64,000 nt of DNA from Candidatus Sumerlaeia bacterium (GTDB lineage: Bacteria; Sumerlaeota; Sumerlaeia; SLMS01; JANRJK01): positions 1-64,000 of the forward strand of contig JANRJK010000028.1 of assembly GCA_033764015.1 (NCBI GenBank), given 5' to 3'. The notes under the pieces were generated by a model, which was not told where the DNA came from, did not search any database, and saw only the letters and a list, made by a program, of their open reading frames with translations. The translations under genes were made by a program, and so were the position numbers. Shown here piece by piece: positions 58,696 through 64,000 of the stretch (position 1 is the stretch's first letter; the number at the start of each line of letters is the position of its first letter).

Positions 58696-59619
58696 ATGAG
58701 GGTACTGCTAGCAGAGGACGAAGAGCTACTCCGCGACGTCTACGCGCGCCAGCTGGCCGTGCTTGGCCATGAGGCGATCGTCTGCGCCTGCGGTAACGAC
58801 GCCTGCGATGTGATCCGCTCCGAACAGCAGTTCGACGCGGTTTGGACCGATCTCATCATGGCCGACGGCGGCGGGCTCCAGGTGCTCCGGACCTGCCGCT
58901 CCTACCGCCCCCGGACGCCGGTGGTGGTGGTCTCCGCCTACGCCGACTCCGGTTCCATGCTCGACGCGCTCCGCAACGGCGCGGCGAACTTCCTCATCAA
59001 GCCCTTCAAGATGCCCGAACTGGTCCGCGTCCTCGAGCGCGTCGCGGAGTCGATCCACGCGGCGCGCCGCGAGGAGGCCGTCATGCGCGCCGTGGACGAG
59101 CTGCGCCTCCACCTCACGCTGCCGCCGGACCTGCACCAGGCCGGCGCGGCCGCGGCCATGCTTTCGCGACACGCCGCCGCGATCCTCGACGACGCGGACG
59201 CCTATTCCGTGCAGGTCGCCCTCAGCGAGGTGCTCCGCAATTCCATCGAGCACGGCTGCCTCGAAGTCACCGGCGAGGACAAGGCCGCGGCGGTCGCCGC
59301 CGGACGCTACGAGCACCTCCTCGCCGAGCGCCTCGACGATCCCTCCCTCGCAGCGCGCCGCGTCCGGGTGGACTTCCGCGCCTCCTCCCTGGAAGGCATT
59401 GAAGCCACGATCACCGACGAGGGCCCCGGCTTCGAGTACGAGCTGCTGCCGGATCCCTCCTCGCCGGAGCACCTGCTCGTGCCGTCGGGACGCGGGCTGC
59501 TGGTGGCCCGCCTGCAAGTGGACCAGCTCACGTTCTCGAACGGGGGGCGGACCGTTTCGCTCCGGCGCCGGCGGCGCGGGCGGGTGGCCAACGGGGACGG
59601 CGGGCACTACACCATTTGA
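58696..59619 (+). CDS. Response regulator with RsbW-like HATPase output domain
   Basis: REC domain plus ALSEVLRNSIEHG, ITDEGPGF, SGRGL. Confidence 0.85.
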   Translation: MRVLLAEDEELLRDVYARQLAVLGHEAIVCACGNDACDVIRSEQQFDAVWTDLIMADGGGLQVLRTCRSYRPRTPVVVVSAYADSGSMLDALRNGAANFLIKPFKMPELVRVLERVAESIHAARREEAVMRAVDELRLHLTLPPDLHQAGAAAAMLSRHAAAILDDADAYSVQVALSEVLRNSIEHGCLEVTGEDKAAAVAAGRYEHLLAERLDDPSLAARRVRVDFRASSLEGIEATITDEGPGFEYELLPDPSSPEHLLVPSGRGLLVARLQVDQLTFSNGGRTVSLRRRRRGRVANGDGGHYTI

Positions 59620-59716
59620 TTTCCGGCGGGGCGGGCGTTATCCCCGCCCGGCCACGGCGTAGGACTGGGCAACACCGACCCCGGTGGACCGCCCCCCGCA
59701 CGGAGCCTTCGACGCC

Positions 59717-60619
59717 ATGATCCGCACCGCATCCGCACTCGCCGCCGCGCTCGCCATCCTTGCGGCATCGGCAAACGCCCGCGAGCCGCTCTCCCTCGCC
59801 CCGGACGACACCGAAGTCGTCATCGTCGCCAACATCAACGATGTGGCAAACACGCCGCTGGCGGTACGCCTGATGGAGAAGCTCGGCGGCGACCAGCTTC
59901 GCGCCGGCATCGACGTCGTCAAAAACCTCACCGGCGTGTCCCCGCTCGAGGACCTCGAGCGGCTCGGAGTCTTCGCCCGCGTCGACGACGACGAATCCGC
60001 CGTGGTGACGGTCGAGGGCGCCTTCGAGCAGGACCGCCTGGTCGCCCTGGTGCGCCTCAACAAGCAGTACGCCGCCAAGACCACCAGCGGCGCCACGGTG
60101 CACCAATGGTACGACGAGAACGAGGGCCGCACGAAGTTCGCCTCCTTCATCGAGGCGGACCTGCTCGTGATCACGAACAGCTCCGACCGCATGGCCCGGA
60201 TGATCGAGCAGACGCGCACGGGCGCCGGCAGCCTCGCCGCGAACCCAGGCGTCCTGCCCGTCCCCGCCGGAGCCGGGACCGCCGCCGCCTGGGGCTTCAT
60301 CGTCCGCCCGGACCGGGAGTCCGACGCCGCCGACGCGGGACGCGCCCTCGCCATCACCGCGGCGAACATGGTGATGAACGTCGCCGACGCCCACGTGGAC
60401 CTGACAGTCGCGACGATTTCCGAGGACGAGCCGACCGCCGCGCAGTGGCACGACGTCGCGAAGGGTGCGCACTCCTTCTTCAACCTGCAGCGAGCCGAGG
60501 AGATCCCGCGCGAACTCGCCAAGCGCACCACGCTGGCGCCGCGCGAGGGGCGCGAGGTGCGCGCGACGCTCCGGCTGTCCGAGGCCGACCTCTTGGAGCT
60601 GGCGGAGAAGGCGCGCTAG
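59717..60619 (+). CDS. Hypothetical secreted protein
   Basis: Signal peptide (ANA cleavage site); first gene of the ECF cluster. Confidence 0.65.
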   Translation: MIRTASALAAALAILAASANAREPLSLAPDDTEVVIVANINDVANTPLAVRLMEKLGGDQLRAGIDVVKNLTGVSPLEDLERLGVFARVDDDESAVVTVEGAFEQDRLVALVRLNKQYAAKTTSGATVHQWYDENEGRTKFASFIEADLLVITNSSDRMARMIEQTRTGAGSLAANPGVLPVPAGAGTAAAWGFIVRPDRESDAADAGRALAITAANMVMNVADAHVDLTVATISEDEPTAAQWHDVAKGAHSFFNLQRAEEIPRELAKRTTLAPREGREVRATLRLSEADLLELAEKAR

Positions 60620-60642
60620 GAGCACGCCAAGGAAGCCGACCG

Positions 60643-61257
60643 ATGACGCCACCCGCCGCCCCCGCCGCCGCCTTCGACGCGCTCCCACGGGGGCCGGAGG
60701 CCGCCGCCTCCGACGAGGCGCTCGCCGCGGCCGCGGCGGGCGGCAACCGCGACGCCTTCGCGGAACTGGTGGCGCGCTACGAACGCCCCGTGCACGGCCT
60801 TTGCCACCGGATGCTCGGCAGCGCGGAGGAGGCGGAGGACGCGGCGCAGGAAGCGTTCGTGAAGGCGTGGCGCGCGCTCGGCTCCTTCGACGCGGCTCGG
60901 CCCTGGAAGCCGTGGCTGCTGCGGATCGCGGCGAACACCGCGCGCGACGCCGCGCGCCGGCGGGGGCGGCGCGCCCGCACCATCGATATCGCGGACGTCC
61001 GCGAAGAGTCGCTCGCCGTCGCCGAGAAGGCCCGCGACCACCTCCAACGCCGCGAGCGCGAGGAGATGCTCGCGGAAGCGGTCGCGGAACTCGGACCGGA
61101 CGCCGCCGCCGCCGTCGAGCTCTTCTACCGCGAGGAAATGACGCACGAGGCCATCGGCGGCGTCCTCGGACGAACCCCCGCCGCCGTCGCGATGCTCCTC
61201 CAGCGGACGCGCGCGAAGCTCCGCGCCATCATCGAACGCAAGGATCCGAAGCCATGA
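60643..61257 (+). CDS. ECF sigma-70 factor
   Basis: AFAELVARY, AEDAAQEAF, WLLRIA.N, region 4 HTH. Confidence 0.9.
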   Translation: MTPPAAPAAAFDALPRGPEAAASDEALAAAAAGGNRDAFAELVARYERPVHGLCHRMLGSAEEAEDAAQEAFVKAWRALGSFDAARPWKPWLLRIAANTARDAARRRGRRARTIDIADVREESLAVAEKARDHLQRREREEMLAEAVAELGPDAAAAVELFYREEMTHEAIGGVLGRTPAAVAMLLQRTRAKLRAIIERKDPKP

Positions 61258-61676
61258 CCCCTCCCGACGAACACGATCCCCGCGTGGAGGAGTTGCTCCG
61301 CGCCGGCGCGCCGCCGCCGCCAAGCCCCGCGCTGCGTCGGCGCATCCTCGAGGCGGTCGCCCGCGAGCCGCTCCCGGCGCCGCGCCGCGCCGCGCCGCGC
61401 TGGCTCGCCGGAGTCGGCCTCGCCGCGGCGGCGATCGCCGCCTTCGCGCTCCTGGACGGTTCCGGCGAAGCGCCCGCTCCCGGCCCCCCGGATGTCGTCG
61501 CGAGCGCCACCCCCGCACCGCCATCCCCGCCAGCCCCCGCCGACCCGCTTCGCTTCGACCTCCGCCCGCCGCGCGCCTACACCGACGCGCGGCGCAGCGC
61601 CGAACACCTCGGCGGCACCGTCAGCGGCAGCGTCCTCGGCGCCCTCCGCGCCTTCGTCCCGGAGGAGCGGGGGTAG
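61254..61676 (+). CDS. Putative membrane anti-sigma factor
   Basis: ATGA overlap with the ECF gene; single TM segment. Confidence 0.6.
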   Translation: MTPPDEHDPRVEELLRAGAPPPPSPALRRRILEAVAREPLPAPRRAAPRWLAGVGLAAAAIAAFALLDGSGEAPAPGPPDVVASATPAPPSPPAPADPLRFDLRPPRAYTDARRSAEHLGGTVSGSVLGALRAFVPEERG

Positions 61677-61775
61677 TCCGGTGGCGGTTCCGGGCGGCGG
61701 AGCGCTCACGCCTTGACAGTGTTCCCGCCGCTCAACGGGATCGGGTGATTCCATCACCGGAGCCCCGGCGCGCGC

Positions 61776-64000
61776 ATGACACTGCCCCGTTTCGCCCATC
61801 TCGGCGCCCGCAGCGAGTTCAGCCTCGGCGAGTCGCTCTCGCCCGTCGAGGAGCTCTGCCGCGCGGCGGCCCGGGACGGGCAGGAATCCCTCGGACTGGC
61901 CGACCTCTGCTCGCTCGCGGCGGCGCCCGCCTTCCACCGGGCCGCCCTGCGGAACGGCCTGCGCCCCGTGCTGGGCCTCGAACTGAACACCCTGCCGCAT
62001 GGCTCGGAGCGCTTCCACGACACCCTCTTCCGCGTGCGCATGCTGGCGGACTCCGCGCTGGGATGGAAGCGGCTGCTGCGGCTGGCGAACGCCGCGCGCA
62101 CCGCGGAGCGCCGAGGCCCCGCCGCCCGCCCCGCGCCTCCGCACGTCCCCCTCTCCGCCGTCCGCGACGACGCGCGGGGCCTGCACCTGCTGGTCGGCGG
62201 AGAGCACGGCGAACTGACCGACGCGCTGCTGAAGGACAACCTCGAACGCGCCGAGGAGCACCTCGACTTCCTCCTCCAGTCCTGGCCCGCGGAGCGGGTG
62301 CTGGTGGCGCTTCCCGCCCCCTGCGGCGACGACGGCCTGCGCCGCGCCCGGCTCCTCGCCGCGGCGGCGAAGCACTTCGGCCTCCGCGCCGTCGCCGTGC
62401 CCGAGGTGCACGGCGCGCACGCCGCGGACGACGCGCTCTGGCACCTCCTCCGCCGCAACCGGGCCCAGCCCGGCTCGCCGGCCCGGCTTGCGCTGACGGC
62501 GGAGGCGGGCGGGCTGCTCCGCGAGGAAGGCGCGCGCGAGCACCTGCTGGAGCGCGCCGCCGTCGCCGCGCTCTACGCCGATTTCCCCGACGCGCTCGCG
62601 GCCTCCGCGGACGTCGCGGCGGCGTGCTCCGGCTTCGCGCCCCCCCAGGCGGAGCGCCGCTTCCCGGTCCACGACTTCACGCGCGGCATCGACGCGGAAA
62701 GCTACCTGTGGAACGCCGCCTTCGAGCGCGCCACGGCGCGGCACGGCACACTGCCCCGCGAGGTGAAGGAGCGCCTCAACAGCGAGTTCCGCATGATCCT
62801 CGACGCCGGGCTCGCGAACGCGCTGGTCACCCTCGTGCGGCTCCACGAGGAGTTCGAGTCCCGCGGCATCCGCTGCGGCCCCGGCGCGGGCGTCTTCAGC
62901 GGCTCGCTCATCGCCTCGCTGCTCGGCGCCACGCGCTTCGACCCGGTCGAGTTCGGCGTGCCGATGCGCTTCCCGGAGAACATCGCGACGCAGTTCCCCC
63001 CACTGGAGGTATACGTGCCGTGCTCCGAGGAGGAGGCGGCGCGGGAGACGCTCGGCGGTCTCTTCGGCGGCCAGCTCGCCGCGGTGGGCAAGTGGCAGCG
63101 CGCCCGCGCGGGCCAGGCGCAGGAGGCCCTCGCCGCGGTGCTGCGCCTTGGCGGCAAGGAGCGGGCCGAGGTCTTCGCGCCGGGGCGCCTCGACGCCGCG
63201 CGCGCGGCCGAGGCGGAGCGTCCGGCCACGCAGCTCCCCGCGCGGGAGTGGCAGCTCCGCTCGCCGGAGTTCCTCGCCTGGGCGCTCCGGCGCCTCGAAG
63301 GACGGCCGCGCGAGCTCGCGGCGGTACCGGGCAAGTTCACCTTTTCCGTCGAGCCGCTCGGCACGACGCTGCCGCTCCGGCAGGACCGCGACGGCGCCCG
63401 CGCGTGCGAATGGAGCGAGGAGGAACTGGTCGAGCTGCGCTTCGGCACCGCCTTCCTGCGCACGCACGCGGTGCTCGACCTCGTCGGCGAGGCGGTGGCG
63501 CTGTCCCGGGTGCACGCGGGGGATCCGTCGCTGCGTCCGAAGGCCGGCGCCGCGCCGCCGGAACTCGCCTTCGATCTGCTCGGCGACGGCGCGACGACGG
63601 GCATCCAGCCGCTCGAAGCGCCGTCGGTGCGGCGCGCGTTGAAAGCGCGCAAGCCGCGCACGCTCCGCGAGTACACAGCGGCCCTCGCGGAGGCCGCCCC
63701 CCGCACCTTCGGCGGCGACCTGCCCCTCGCGCTACTCTGCTACTCCGCCGCGGAAATGAAGGCCACGCACCCGCAGGCGTTCTACGCGGCCGCGCTGTCG
63801 CACGCCGGCGCCGACACACGGCGCCTCGCCGCGCTGCTGGACGAGCTCGAGGCGCGGCGCATCCCGCTGCAGCCGCTCGACCTCAACTGCAGCGACTGGC
63901 ACTGGGCGCCGGAGGCGAAGGCGGTGCGCCCCGGCCTCTGCGTCATCCGCGACCTGCCCCGCGCCGCCGCCGACGAACTGCTCCGCCTCCGCCGCGAGCT
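61776..64000 (+). CDS. DnaE (Pol III alpha)-like protein, catalytically degenerate; runs off the window end
   Basis: Open frame from ATG 61776 (not in the ORF track because no stop is in the window). Degenerate PHP start AHLGARSEFS, ERLNSEFRMI...G, SGSLIASLLGAT.FDP, MKATHPQAFYAAAL, PLDLNCS. Confidence 0.85.
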   Translation, partial: MTLPRFAHLGARSEFSLGESLSPVEELCRAAARDGQESLGLADLCSLAAAPAFHRAALRNGLRPVLGLELNTLPHGSERFHDTLFRVRMLADSALGWKRLLRLANAARTAERRGPAARPAPPHVPLSAVRDDARGLHLLVGGEHGELTDALLKDNLERAEEHLDFLLQSWPAERVLVALPAPCGDDGLRRARLLAAAAKHFGLRAVAVPEVHGAHAADDALWHLLRRNRAQPGSPARLALTAEAGGLLREEGAREHLLERAAVAALYADFPDALAASADVAAACSGFAPPQAERRFPVHDFTRGIDAESYLWNAAFERATARHGTLPREVKERLNSEFRMILDAGLANALVTLVRLHEEFESRGIRCGPGAGVFSGSLIASLLGATRFDPVEFGVPMRFPENIATQFPPLEVYVPCSEEEAARETLGGLFGGQLAAVGKWQRARAGQAQEALAAVLRLGGKERAEVFAPGRLDAARAAEAERPATQLPAREWQLRSPEFLAWALRRLEGRPRELAAVPGKFTFSVEPLGTTLPLRQDRDGARACEWSEEELVELRFGTAFLRTHAVLDLVGEAVALSRVHAGDPSLRPKAGAAPPELAFDLLGDGATTGIQPLEAPSVRRALKARKPRTLREYTAALAEAAPRTFGGDLPLALLCYSAAEMKATHPQAFYAAALSHAGADTRRLAALLDELEARRIPLQPLDLNCSDWHWAPEAKAVRPGLCVIRDLPRAAADELLRLRRE

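Overview
High-GC diderm bacterial chromosome segment (lpxD, pal). A C-terminal 'TGVQDWILF' motif hints at Ca. Sumerlaeota or a related phylum, but this is inference only. The first 10 kb is a complete type I-C CRISPR-Cas locus on the minus strand: cas3, cas5c, cas8c with a hidden internal cas11c start, cas7c, cas4, cas1, cas2, leader, and at least 26 identical 33-nt repeats. The main finding is in the ~340-bp gap between cas3 and cas5c. (i) A 74-nt tRNA gene has an Arg CCU anticodon but an alanine-type acceptor stem (G1-C72, G2-C71, G3.U70, A73) and lacks the ArgRS determinant A20, so it is a predicted Arg(AGG)->Ala mistranslating tRNA. (ii) An opposite-strand degenerate mini-array carries the exact 11-nt crRNA handle, and its 29-nt guide matches (13 of the first 16 nt; mismatches at 6, 9, 12) a TTC-PAM-flanked site just upstream of that tRNA. 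Together these look like a CreTA/CreR-type Cascade-repressed module whose toxin would be a mischarged tRNA. The rest is mostly housekeeping or accessory genes: GT4, secreted GH13, HD-GYP regulator, ricT, lpxD, ABC1 kinase, TPR proteins, three TRL-like lipoproteins, secG, flotillin/NfeD, nucleotide-sugar genes, mutY, two Pal paralogues, tpx, P-type ATPase, hppD-hmgA, prmC, rpe and an ECF sigma/anti-sigma pair. The window ends in a DnaE homologue that has lost all three catalytic aspartates.
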